This document shows, in pieces, positions 1 through 12,224 of a stretch of DNA of 64,000 bases (its first letter is position 1; each line of letters opens with the position of its first letter). This DNA comes from the human T2T-CHM13v2.0 reference genome, Homo sapiens. The notes under the pieces are model-generated. The model did no database searches. It saw only the letters and a list, made by a program, of their open reading frames with translations, and had not been told where the DNA came from. A program made the position numbers and the translations under genes. Location: the NCBI RefSeq assembly GCF_009914755.1, contig NC_060929.1. One strand, 5' to 3'.

Positions 1-2700
1 ATCGCCCCTTCCCCTATTACACTGGGAACATAGGAGGGCTGGGTAATACATTTAGTCCTGGCCCAGGTCTAGTTTATATTGAGTCCACTGGGTCCACAGG
101 TCCACCTCATGGTTATTATGTTTTCCTTATCCTCGAATATATCTAACTGGTATGAGTGTTTGGTAAAACCTTACAGTGGTTCCCCAGTCTGTGGGATAAA
201 AGATACAGTAGAAAGGAATACTAAGTGGAATCTTTGAAACTGCCCCTACACCACTCTTAGCCAGGATAATAAGTAAATGACAATATTGTAACTTGGGGGC
301 AAGGGCAGAGATTAATGCCATGTTTAAAGACCTAAAAGGATTCAGGAATGGGTCTCCATCATGTCCCACTTAATTGACCAGTCTGCTCCCTACAGATGGA
401 TCCTTGAGGATGACAGTGGACTACTGCAAATTGGCCAATTATACCTGCTGTGGCAGATGTATTATCTTTGTTAGGGCAGATTAATAAGGCCCTCAGATAG
501 TTGGTATGTGGCCATTGATCTGGGAAATGCCTTCTTTCCCATCCCTTATAGGAGGGAAGTCTAGAAAGTTCACATTCACTTTGGATGCACAACTGTCAAC
601 TATAAATGTTAATTCATCTGCCCGTCGTCATAATATAGTCAAAGGATCTGGATCCTCTGGACATTATATCACATTAGTCCACAGATTGATAAAATTGTGT
701 GATTTGGACTGCATGAACAAGAAATTACAAACATATCAAAGGCCTCGGTAAGATACATGCCCACAGTGGTTGAAAGAGAAACCCTATAAAGATTCAGGGG
801 TCTGGGATCCAAAGGTCTATGATATCCCTGTCAAAGGAATATTGTATTTCATAACTTCCCCACTCAGAAGTAAGCACAGTGGTTGGTAGGCCCCTTCAGA
901 TTCTGGAGGCAGCATATGTCATACAGAGAACACTATTCCAACCCATTTACACAAATAGCATCCAGCTCCGAATGAGTCTCAGAACAAAAAAGGGCTCTGC
1001 AGTAGGTCCAGGCTACGAGGCAAATGATTCTTCCTCTTGGACCATACTACCTAACAAACCCAATGATATTAGAGCTGTCAGTGATGGGAAAGGGTGTCAT
1101 GTGGTGTTTCTGGGCATGTTCCAGTTGGAGAATAACAACATAGGCCCCCTAGAATTCTGCAACCAAGCCATGACCCCCATAGTAGAAAATTATAGACCAT
1201 TTGAAAAACAATTCCTTGGGTGCTACTGCGCCCTGGTTGACACAAGTGATCATGCTTCCAGAACTGACCTGAGATCTGTCCAGCCCACAAAATCATAAGG
1301 CTAGGCAGACCCAGCAAAGATCTCTGCTAAGATGGAAGTGGTGTACATGGGAAAGAATGGGGCCAGAGTGCACACGTTAGCTGCACAAGTCCTGGCCCCA
1401 GTTTCGTTTTCCACTGTTGACCAATGCCTTTCCCTCAGCTCCTGGGTAAGACAATGGTGAGGAGAAACGCTTCCAATGGGCAGAACATTTGAGTTGTGCA
1501 CATGGGCATCCACTGGGTATGAAAGTAAAAGTGGCCCAAGGTAAGAGTACTTATGGAAGCATAGGCAATAGCTAATGGCTTGGCTGGTTAGTTAATGGAT
1601 CAGAAGATCAGGAACAAGGAGGTTTGGATAGGAGGCATGTGGGTGAATCTATGGGAATAAGCATGAAAATACAATCTTTCTTTTTGTTTGGTATCTGAAA
1701 AGTCTGAATCGTATGTTACCTGACAGAGAGCATCTATCACAAAGAGGTGCTTACACAATCAAATAGACAGAAAGACTCACTAGAATGTCACTCTGCCTCT
1801 GTTATTGGCCACTGCAGTGTTGGCACAATAGGAACTTGAGTAGAGAAGCCATAGTGACAGGGATGGAGGCTGCACATGGTCCTAACAGCAGGGGCTTCTG
1901 CTCACCAAGGCTGATTGAGCTACTGCTTGTGTCAAATATCCCATCTACCAGTAACAGAGAGCAAGGCTCAGCCCCTGATTCAGCACCTTCGCTTGAGGAA
2001 ACCAGCCACTTGGTGGCAAGTAACTTTGGATGCCTTCCATCTTGAATAGGGAGCAAATTAATTCTGACTGGAATTGATACATATTCTGGATATGAACTTT
2101 CCTTTCCTGGCTGCATGGCCTCAGCCAACAACACTATCCAAGGACCTACAAAGGGTTTGATCCACCTACCTAGGATCCTACATAACCTCACAAAGGACCA
2201 AGGAATTCACTTTACAACAAAGGAGGTACAGCAGTGAATACAGATCAATGAGACTGATTGACTGGTCTTGTCACAAGCCCCGAAACCTAGAAGCTGCTAG
2301 ATTGATAGAGTAATGAAATGGCCTTTTAAAGGGACACCTGAACACCAGCTTGGAGATGATACCTTGTGAAGAGGGACATATTCTATAGGATGTAACATAT
2401 ACCCTAATTATAACAAATATATGGTGCTGTGTCTCCAGTAGGTAGACTCCGTAAGTCGAGGCATCAAGAGGTAAAAGTAGGAGCGGCCCCACTTCTCCCA
2501 GTGATCCACTTGGGAAATTTGTGCTTCTGGTCCTCACAAGTCTAGGATCTATGGGTATAGAAGTCTTGGTTCCCAAAAAGGAAATGCTGCTTTCAAGCAG
2601 AACGAGAGTCACATTAGCTTTTAGTCTGCAGCTGCCTTCTAGTCCTTCTGGCTCCTCAAATCAGGAGACCAGTAGGCAAAGAAAGGAGTTTGCATCCACC
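1..2700 (+). mobile_element. Degenerate ERVL-class internal sequence (pol RT, integrase and dUTPase remnants), truncated by the window start
   Basis: About 440-545 reads across frameshifts as IIPAVADVLSLLGQIN...WYVAIDLGNAFFPIP (ERVL RT). About 2010-2110 gives WQV...LTGIDTYSGY (integrase). About 2500-2660 gives DPLGKFVL...GIEVLVPK (ERVL dUTPase-like). Many stops and frameshifts. Confidence 0.85.
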
Positions 2701-2930
2701 GTTACTCCACAGCTCATTGAAGTCTGACCAAAAGAGTGTCTTTCAGAGTACCATAAATAGTAGCTATAATGGCTCATCTAGTGGAAATCACAGCCATTTT
2801 GGAGACAGATTTCATTAGGACTCTGCTACTACTGACAATACAGCTCACTCAGTGAGATGCCAAAACCAAAACATTTAACATACTCTGCCTCCTCACACTA
2901 TATATATATATAGCCTATCAAGTTACCCAC

Positions 2931-2933
<3 letters not shown>

Positions 2934-2974
<41 letters not shown>
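2934..2974. repeat. (TA)n microsatellite, about 20 units, with a shorter TA run at 2899-2912
   Basis: Read directly from the sequence. Confidence 0.95.
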
Positions 2975-2975
<1 letters not shown>

Positions 2976-3115
2976 CCTATTATATACTAGGTAACTTGCC
3001 TGTGTAAGATCACAGGATTTGGGAAATATAATTTCTATGTTATAACTAGCTTCTATAATAGATTGCTTAGTAAAATGAATAGGATTGGGAAAAAGATAAA
3101 AAGGAACTTACTGAT

Positions 3116-3480
<365 letters not shown>

Positions 3481-5049
3481 TTACTTTGAGCCCATCATAA
3501 AATAAACCATTGTCAGTGTTTGAAAGAATTCCATGTCCTGCATATCCGAGGGTGATTAATTACATGGCTTCTAGAGTCAAAACACGATTTCCAAACCTAG
3601 TTTGGTCTTTTAATTAAACCAAATAATCTCTGTAAGTCTGTTTTCTCATCTGTAAATAGGAATGCCAGTGGTACTTACCTCATAGAACTATTGTGATGAT
3701 TACATGCCATATAGAGTGCTTAGCATGTGCCAAACACAAAGAAGTTCAGCATTTCATAAAATTGTGGCTTTTTTTTTTTTTAACTTACATGCCTTTGCCT
3801 CAGCAGTAAGACCATACAAATACAGAAGGAACAAGTCACTGGTTAGTAAATAGTTTTTCACTTTCAAGTGTTTGTTCCTTGGAACGTGCTCATCTGGAAC
3901 CTTCTCTCTCTGATACCGTTCTTAACTACTCAAGCTCCCGAATTTTGGTGTGCTAAGACCTTTCCTCACCACTACGCCAGTCTCTCTTAGGGTTGGGGAG
4001 AGACTGCATATTGCAGCACAGAAATTAAGATCAGAGTATTTTCCACAGTGAAGCTGTTTTAGTTTGAAGGGGCAGAGGTTCTAATTTTTACATTTAAAAC
4101 TCCCTTTGTAGTTTACCTTCCACTTCCTGGAGTTTATTTTTATAGGTACTTTTCATGTTCCAATGAAACCAGAAGAGATACTATACACAAACCTAAAAAA
4201 CCTTTATTCTAGAATTATTAGCAATACATATTCATGTTTTTCAAAGACCTCTCCCCCCAATATGGAGGCTAAAATAGATTATTTTCATATTCCATCCTTT
4301 GACACTAACCGCCACCACCACTCTATCCCTACCCCCACTCCAATGAGCTGGCCCTGTGAATGTGGCCTGGGCCTCCCAGAAAGTTGTCCCATGTTGGCTT
4401 TAATTAGATATTATTTCCCATACATGTGGTATATTTTATGCTAGTTATTTGTAGAAACAACAGACGCTGGTTACTGACTATTCCTTCTACCTTTAAGCTG
4501 CTTTCTAGTGCCCTACAATGGACCACATAGGATTAGAGACACTGGTAAAATTATTTTTTGCACAAAAAGGGCTTCTAAACAGCTTTATAATGTGGAAGTC
4601 ATTATCTTTTCAGTTTTCACTGGACCAGTACTACCTATGCCCTGTTCAAATGATCTTTAAATGTACTTTAAATGTGATTGCAGTAAAATCTACCAAACTA
4701 AAATGCATGTTTAGATGACAGAAATTAGCTACCCTGTAGTTCTGGAGATTTGAAACAATTTGCAGATTTGCTTGTTTAGTAGTCTGGCAGTGGCAACCTG
4801 GAATAGGCCACCGTGTGCCAAGATGATCTTTTGCACATATCCACAATCACCACTTTCAGATTCACTATATAATACACTCTTTTTAATGCAGCCATCACTT
4901 ATCAAAAGCCTAATTCATAAGAGCTTGTGATGTTTTACACCAGGTAGGAGAGGCATAGTTTTGGAGCACAGGGAGGACACAGCTGGGGAAGGATTTCAAA
5001 AGAGATTGAACTGCTGGACACAACTGACTGAGAGAAGATCCAGCCAGAG

Positions 5050-5593
5050 CAGGATCTTTCAACCTCTCCACTTACATTTTGGGCTGGATAATTCATCGTT
5101 GTTGGGGGGGTGTCCTGTGCATTGCAGGATGATTAGCAGCAGCATCCCTGGTTTCTACCCACTAGATGCCAACAACAGCCCCCCCTCCAAGTCGTAACAG
5201 CAAAAATATCTCCAGACACTGCCCAACATTATTATGACACCTATGAGTCAGGGTGCATCAGGTAATCGGAATGAGTCAGGGTGGAGCAGGTAATCGGAAT
5301 GAGTCAGGGTGCATCAGGTAATCGGAATGAGTCAGGGTGCATCAGGTAATCGGAATGAGTCAGGGTGGAGCAGGTAATCGGAATGAGTCAGGGTGCATCA
5401 GGTAATCGGAATGAGTCAGGGTGGAGCAGGTAATCGGAATGAGTCAGGGTGGAGCAGGTAATCGGAATGAGTCAGGGTGGAGCAGGTAATCGGAATGAAT
5501 CAGGGTGGAGCAGGTAATTGGGAATGAGTCAGGGTGCAGCAGGTAATTTGAATGAGTCTGGGTTGCAAAGCCAACCTCAGTTGAGAACTACTG
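5050..5593 (-). mobile_element. MER20 hAT-Charlie DNA transposon, split by a minisatellite insertion
   Basis: 5050-5230 matches the MER20 reverse complement (ttttgggctggataattc...ctacccactagatgcc...tccagacactgcc). The MER20 terminus (gcaaa...gttgagaactactg) resumes at about 5558-5593. Confidence 0.85.
5243..5560. repeat. 28-bp minisatellite, 11 units plus a partial unit, of LTR10 VNTR type (ATGAGTCAGGGTG[GAG/CAT]CAGGTAATCGGA)
   Basis: Units start at 5243, 5271, 5299 and so on to 5495, then 5524, with a partial unit at 5552. Ten perfect TGAGTCA sites. Confidence 0.97.
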
Positions 5594-6333
5594 ACAGAGA
5601 GAATTCAGAGTTCTAGGGAAACACTTGGTATATAGTCTGTACTTTGTTAGGGCCCTGATGGCAGTGGCACCAACTATGAACTACTAAGAGGCATTTATCA
5701 TATGCTGTCAAGAGGCTGACATTTAAAGCCCCTTTCAGTTGGATCCCAGTCTACACTTCTCAGAGTCTACTCTCTTCCTTGAATGCCAGTGTTAGATACT
5801 GATTAAGGGATTATGCAATCTATTTAGTGGGTCCTAACCAATATTTTTTAAAAAATGAAATAATGGAATAGAATAAAATAATACAGAAAATATCAATACA
5901 TTTTGTGGAATAATACTGATTTGCAAGATTTTTTATTCTGTGTGTGTGCACAGCTGTATGTTTAGTCATATTGTTACCAGAAAGGAGTCCCGATCCAGAC
6001 CCCAAGAGAGGGTTCTTGGATCTCGTGCAAGAATGAATTCAGGGCTAGTCCGTGGTGCAAAGTGAAAGAAAGTTTATTAAGAAAGTAAAGGAATAAAAGA
6101 ATGGCTACTCTATAGACAAAGCAGCCCCGGGAGCTGCTGGTTGTCCATTTTTATGGTTATTTGGGGTGGATTATTCATGCCTCCCCTTTTTAAACCATAT
6201 AGGGTAACTTCCTGATGTTGCCATGGCATTTGTAAACTGTCATGGTGCTGGTGGGAATGTAGCAGTGAGGAAGAGCAGAAGTCACTCTCGTTGCCATTTT
6301 GGTTTTGGTGGGTTTTGGCTGGCTCTTTTACTG

Positions 6334-7056
6334 TGTTATAAAGTTTCAGTGCCACAAAAGAAATAGTACTCGAAAATAAATGTTTGTTTTTAATTCTCAG
6401 CAAGGCAAGGTACTTCTATAGAAGGGTGCACCCTTACAGATGGAGCAACGATGAGCGCACACTTGGACAAGGGAGGGGAAGGGGTTCTTATCCCTGACGC
6501 ACGTGGCCCCCGTTGTTGTGTCTTTCTGCTATTGGCCAGGGTTAGACCGTGCAGGCTAAACTAATTCTGATTGGCTAATTTAAAGAGATCGACGGGGTGA
6601 GTGGTGTGGCGGGAAAAATGGTTATGACAGAGCAAGTAATTGGAATGAGTCAGGGTGCATCAGGTAATCGGAATGACTTACGGTGGAGCCGGTAATTGGA
6701 ATGAATCAGGGTGGAGCAGGTAATCGGAATGAGTCAGGGTGCGTCAGGTAATCGGAATGAGTCAGGGTGGAGTAGGTAATTGGAATTAGTCAGGGTGCAT
6801 CAGGTAACAGGAATGAGTCAGGGTGGAGCCGGTAATCGGAATGAATCAGGGTGGAGCAGGTAATCGGAATGAGTCAGGGTGCGTCAGGTAATCGGAATGA
6901 GTCAGGGTGGAGTAGGTAATCGGAATTAGTCAGGATGGGGCAGGTGATCGAAAAAGGTTGCTTTACGAGGAAGTTAAGTTTAAAAGTAGAAGGCAAAAAA
7001 TTGAACATACTGACATATTGATTCTTTGAAAAGAAATTTAGAACTCATATCTAACA
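6334..7056 (-). mobile_element. LTR10 solo LTR (LTR10A/F-like, HERV-I group) nested in MER41
   Basis: Reverse complement begins TGTTAGATATGAGTTCTAAATTTCTTTTCAAAGAATCAATATG. TG...CA ends. TSD actg/attg (6330-6333, 7057-7060). MER41 sequence is continuous across the insertion. Confidence 0.88.
6630..6951. repeat. LTR10 internal 28-bp VNTR, 11 units, 6 perfect AP-1 motifs
   Basis: Units at 6645, 6673 and so on to 6925. TGAGTCA is intact in units 1, 4, 5, 7, 9 and 10. Confidence 0.95.
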
Positions 7057-7349
7057 ATTGCAACCTGTTTTATCATCAAGGTCTTTATGACCTGTATTTT
7101 GTGCTGACCTCCTATCTCATCCTGTGACTTAGAATGCCTTCACCGTCTGGGAATGCAGCCCAGTAGGATTCAGCCTCATTTTACCCAGCTCCTGTTTAAG
7201 ATGGAGTTGCTCTGGTTCACACGCCTCTGACAATATTGGATATTGATGTAAAATGTATTCCTTATCAAAAGTTGCAGTCAAAAAAGTTTGAGAATCCCTG
7301 TTCTATTTTAACATATCCCCTGGACATACACTTCTCTCCTAATGCCTAA

Positions 7350-7815
7350 CATATCAGTGTCCTATTGCCGAAACAGATTATTACAAGTTTAGCAGCTCGA
7401 AACAAGACAAGTTTATTCTCTTGCAGGAGGTTAGAAATCTAAAATCAGTTTCACTGCTCTAAAGGCAAAGTGAAAGGCTGGTTCCTGGAGGCTCCAGGAG
7501 AGAATATTTTCCTTGTCTTTTCCAGTTTCTAGAGCTGCATTCCTTACATTCCCTGGCTTATGGCCCCTTTCTCCATGTCCCAAGTCAGGAGTATAGCATC
7601 TTCAAATCTCTCTCTGCTCCTCTTCATATTGCCTTCTTTTTCTCTGATCTTCTGCCTCCCTCTTCTAGGGCCTCCTGTGATTACATAGAACCCCCCAGGA
7701 TAACCCAAGGTAATCTCCCCATTTGAAGATCCTTCACTGAATCACTTTTGCCAAGCACCTTTTAGCATATAAAACAACACTTACAAATTCTAAGAATTAA
7801 GACACGGACATCTTC
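7350..7815 (-). mobile_element. MLT1 (ERVL-MaLR) LTR
   Basis: Typical MLT1C/D motifs (aagtttattctc...ggaggctccaggagagaat...ccagtttctagagctgc). Boundaries are approximate. Confidence 0.75.
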
Positions 7816-8391
7816 ACACGTAATGTGTGCTTTACTTTTGTGAGAAGCCCATTGTTCTCTGTACTGACTCAAATCAACCCCTCAATTAAGGCTTTCATCT
7901 CACTTCCCAGAATTGGACATGTTGAGTAAGAAAGGTCCTTATATTTCTAATCCATAAGATGAGGCTAGGCTAAATCCTTGGTGTTCAAGCTCCTTTTCTG
8001 AAGCTCTTGAAATTTTGGTTCACACAAAATTTTACTTGGTATGACAATATGTGAATAAGATGAAAGTTGAACTGCTCTGTTCCCCCATAGTGACCTGCCC
8101 AGTTTCTCACCGCAGAGCCATCCCACTTGCATCTATAGCTGTTAGAGCCAGGGAGACCTGAGAAATTTTCACATTAAACTCCTACCTTTGCTATGCAGAA
8201 AGTAATGGCTACAGAGGTGAAATAACTCTGTGGTACTGGCTCTGCTGTTAATCAGTGGAGTCATTGTCATATACTCTCTGAGACTCAATTTTGTTAGCTA
8301 CGAAAATGAGCATTGAAAGACTTTGTAAAGAAGTGGGATGTGAGAGAGATTTTGAGAAGCATTTAAATTGGTAGGAAGGAGTAGGATATTA

Positions 8392-9050
8392 TGATACGTA
8401 GAATGTTTAAGATAGTCCCCCAGATCCGTGCATCCTAGTGTACAAACCCTGAATAATCCCCTCCCCGTTGTGTGGGCAATGTGTGGGAATATGATACGAC
8501 TTTACTTCTGTGACTAGATTACATTATGTGGCAAAGGTAAAGCGACTTTTGTAGATGTCATTAAGGTTCCTACCCAGTTGACTTTGAATTAACAAAGAGG
8601 AATATTTTCCTGGGTGGATCCAGTCTAATCAGGCAAGCTTTTAAAAAGAGGGTAGGGTCCAAGCATTTGGGGCAGGGAGAGATTTGAAGCAAGAGAGACA
8701 TACTTTTGCTAGCCTCGGAGAAGCAAATAGCTATATTGTAGAGTGGGCCACATGGCAGGAAGCAGCAGCCTGAGATAGCTGAGGAGCTGAGAGAGATGCT
8801 CAGCTGACAGCCAGCAAGACAACAGAGGCCTTGGTCCTACAGCGGAATTCTGCCAACAGCCAATGAGCTTAGAAGAGGACCATGAGCCTCAGGTGAGATT
8901 GTAGCCCTGGACAACATTGGTCGCAACTTGGTGAGACCTTAGACAGAGGATGGATTCCAGACCCATGGAAAATTTGAGGTTATAATGGGAATTGTTTTAA
9001 GCCTGTAAGTTTATGGTAATTTGTTATACTGCAATAAAAAAGCTAATAAC
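8392..9050 (+). mobile_element. MLT1 (MLT1E-like) LTR
   Basis: Ends with the MaLR 3' signature tgttttaagcc...ggtaatttgttatactgcaataaaaaagctaata. Confidence 0.75.
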
Positions 9051-9129
9051 AGTATTCAAGGGATTCACCAGAGCAGAATCTAAACTATGCAGGTGTGGTA
9101 TATGAATATGAATATTAAGTGATTTTATC

Positions 9130-9390
9130 CAACAACATGGAGGAATCTCAAATGCATATTTGCTCATTGAAATAAACCAGACCCCAAAGGCTGCATACCG
9201 TATGAGTCCTTTTAGATGACATTCTGGAGAAGACAAAACTATAGGGATGAAGAACAGTGGTTATCAAAGGTTGGGAATAAGGGAAGGAGCTGACTACAAA
9301 GGGCAGCATGTGCAAACTAAGGTAAGTGACCTGTTCTGTATTATGACTGTATGTTCTGTATTATAATAACATACAGGCTTATTAGAAACA
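9130..9390 (+). mobile_element. Old L1M 3' fragment
   Basis: caacatggaggaatctcaaatgcat...tgacattctggagaagacaaaactataggga resembles the L1MC/ME 3' end. Confidence 0.6.
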
Positions 9391-11559
9391 TGACATGCTG
9401 CTTTGACCAGCGTCACAGCTGCATATGGCGATCTGGATCCTTCATGTGGCATGCATGCAAGTTCAGACTGACTGTGTTCCACTGATGGCCAAGGAGTCAC
9501 CGGCATCACACACAGTTATCCAGTGTTCCTTAAGATAATATGACCCAATAGGGTAAATAAACGGGAAAAATGGTGTTAGTCATTCCTAACAGTGCGGTCA
9601 TGTTAATCACGACTGGTTATTCTTTTGAGATGGGAAGAGTAAAGTATGGAAGCTAAAATCTGTGAGCCAAGGTCAAGTTTATGCAATGTTTAGCCACAAA
9701 GCTTATCTTTGAATGGCCTGTAAAGCAATAGTACTTACTCTCCAACAGTAAATGCCATGTCTTTTGACCTAGCACTTGCATGCTTGCTTTTATTCACCCC
9801 AAGTAAAAAATCCCAAAGAATTCCATCTTCTTTTAAAATTAAATTTAAATTATTCTGCAAAAACCTTAAAATGTTTTCCTAAAGCTTGTCTGCTTTGTAG
9901 ATCCCTCCACTACTTTTCAGTACCACTAAATATAGTAGAACAAAGTTCTTAATGTGCAACTTCAAAGCTTATTTATGCCATGATGATACAAGTGCTTACT
10001 ATTAAGACATTTCCTTTTTATTCAATAAACTTCTGACTTATATACAAAGGATTCATTGCTCAATAAAAATCACATTACCAAATAAAAGTGAAACGATTTA
10101 TTGTATTCTGTGGGCTGCATCTACAAAGATGAAAGTATCCTCAATAGAGGGTTTATTAATTTATAAAGAATGTAGACTATCCATGAGAGTTCCCTGTACA
10201 TTAACAGTCCGGCAGGAATATTAAAAATCCAGGGATTCAATTTCCATTTGCAAAGCGGGGAGGATGCTGCCCTACCTATCTCTGGTTTGATGATCATCAA
10301 AGTTTTCAATGCAGGAATCCCAGAGTTTGCAGCCAAATAGAAACAATTTTGTGGTAACCTTTACAATAGGCTTTTCCCCTCACTTAATCCACTTTCATCA
10401 AGTGAATGTAAAAAATAACTAACAAGCTAAATCACCATACTTATTTCAGGGCTGGTCATATATATTAGATCACCTGGCATTATGTAAGCAAGAGTACAGG
10501 AGCTGGAATGAATTGGCTTATTAAAGGAAGTAAAGATCAGGCTTTCAGGAGTGGAGGGCTGCAGAGAGGGAGTGGTGGGTGTGTTGTTTGAGAAGCAAAC
10601 TAGGCCTTGAAAATTAGGCTGAGGAGTTCTGATGTTATTCCCTGAAAACTTTTAAGCACATTGACAATTTTTTTTGATAAATGCACATTCAACCAGTGTT
10701 TGAAATATCTAGCTTCATCAATTTGGAAAAGAAATACTTAAGAAATAATTATGTGTTCCAGTTAAACATAATTGAATAAGCGTTCTTAGTACACCATTCT
10801 CCTCAAAACTGACTCAAAAATCTAACAATAATAGGACAGAAACAAAAAGATCTTCCCACCGCTGCAAACCAAAACCAAAACAAAACAAAAAACCCTCTAT
10901 CTTCAATAAAATAACGAAATGGTCTTAAGTCCAGGCCACAAACTGAAAGCATACTTGAAATATTGTGAAAGCAAAGTGAGGGAGAAAAGTGAAAATTCAA
11001 CCTACCTTCTAAGATCTTTAGCTGGAAACATTTCCTTGCAAGGAATTGTTATATTGTAGAAAAGTTTATCTTAAAAAAATCTTTTAGCGTGGTCATGCCT
11101 AAGGATGTAGATGGTCCAGCGGAGAAGCAGGGAATCCCTCGAGACAGTTTAGGAACCACAGGACGCCGGGCCGTGGGGCTGAAGGAGAGCTTTGCTGATG
11201 TGCCACCCTCACCCACATCAAGCCTCCTTGTCTGGGGAGATCACGTGAATCCACATTTGAAGACCTGCTCTTCGGATACCAGCACACAGAGCCTGGGTCT
11301 TAAAGCTTGGGGTGCCACATTGCCTCTTGAATGGTAACATCTAAAAATTAAAAAAAGACATGCTTCCAAAAGAAATAAGATATTACTGAAATAATCTGAG
11401 ACAAAGAAGACAGCTGCCCTAGTTCACTCTCTTACCCCTCCTCACACTATTTTTTGACCCTGGTTGACAATATAAGCAACGATTTTAAATGAATAACATG
11501 GCACATATACATAGATACCACCAAAAAAAGGAGTGAGAGAGGAAAACAGCAAAATACGC

Positions 11560-12210
11560 TCAAAGACATAGGAATTAATTAAGCCCTGTAGAGTTTCAAA
11601 GAAATGTTAGATAGCATGATTTCTCTAAAAAGAGAACTCGAAGAACAGATGTGAGAATTTAAAGAACATAAGAGAGAAGAAAATAAAAAGACCTGGATAA
11701 CTCAAAAAGAAATAAAAGAAAAAATAATTATACTTTAGAAGAGATGCAGGAAGGAAGGGAGGAATGGAAGAAAGAAAGATTAGGAAGAAAGAAAGAAAAA
11801 ACGAGCTTAAGAAAAATCATACCATGAGACAGAAAAAAACAAAGGACATAAAAATTGATTCTAGAGAATGTGATAGTTATGGAAGATAGATAAAGGAACT
11901 TCAACAGTCACACACTTAGTATTTCTAAAGTACAGAACTGAATAAATAGAACCCCAAACATATTTAAGAATATGATTTTTTAAATAAACTTTGTAGATGT
12001 AAACAAAATCTTGAGTCTGCAGGCTGAAAGGGCCCAGGAGATGCAAGAAAAAAATACATAAGTCCATATGTACACAAATTCACTCCAATATAGGGTCTGC
12101 TGGAGTTGCTAAATTTCAAGATAAGAAAATTGATAGGAAAAGTGAGTTACGTAGAAAAGGGGAAAATCAGATTCTCTTTATACTTCTCCATAGTTGTATT
12201 ATCTACAAAA
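11560..12210 (+). mobile_element. Ancient HAL1 or L1 ORF1-like fragment
   Basis: A-rich with ORF1-like remnants (gagtctgcaggctgaaagggcc, aaaggggaaaatcagatt). Highly diverged. Confidence 0.45.
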
Positions 12211-12224
12211 CATGTGGTAATGGA

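Larger units (their letters stand above)
5972..7232 (-). mobile_element. MER41 solo LTR (MER41A-like), interrupted by LTR10
   Basis: Termini tgttaccagaaagg...gatccagaccccaagagaggg and ...ggagttgctctggttcacacgcctctgaca. 4-bp TSD ATAT at 5968-5971 and 7233-7236. Lacks the tandem GAS insert of MER41B at about 6179. Confidence 0.9.

Noticed and set aside
6160-6200. MER41 as an interferon-inducible STAT1 enhancer
   Set aside because: The tandem GAS (TTCCnGGAA) segment of MER41B is absent here; ttattcatg joins directly to cctcccc.
5243-6951. The 28-bp arrays as CRISPR-like repeats
   Set aside because: They are head-to-tail units with no unique spacers, in a eukaryotic ERV context with no cas genes.
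11089-11110. VMPKDV resemblance to the histone H3 C-terminus
   Set aside because: The similarity does not extend on either side.
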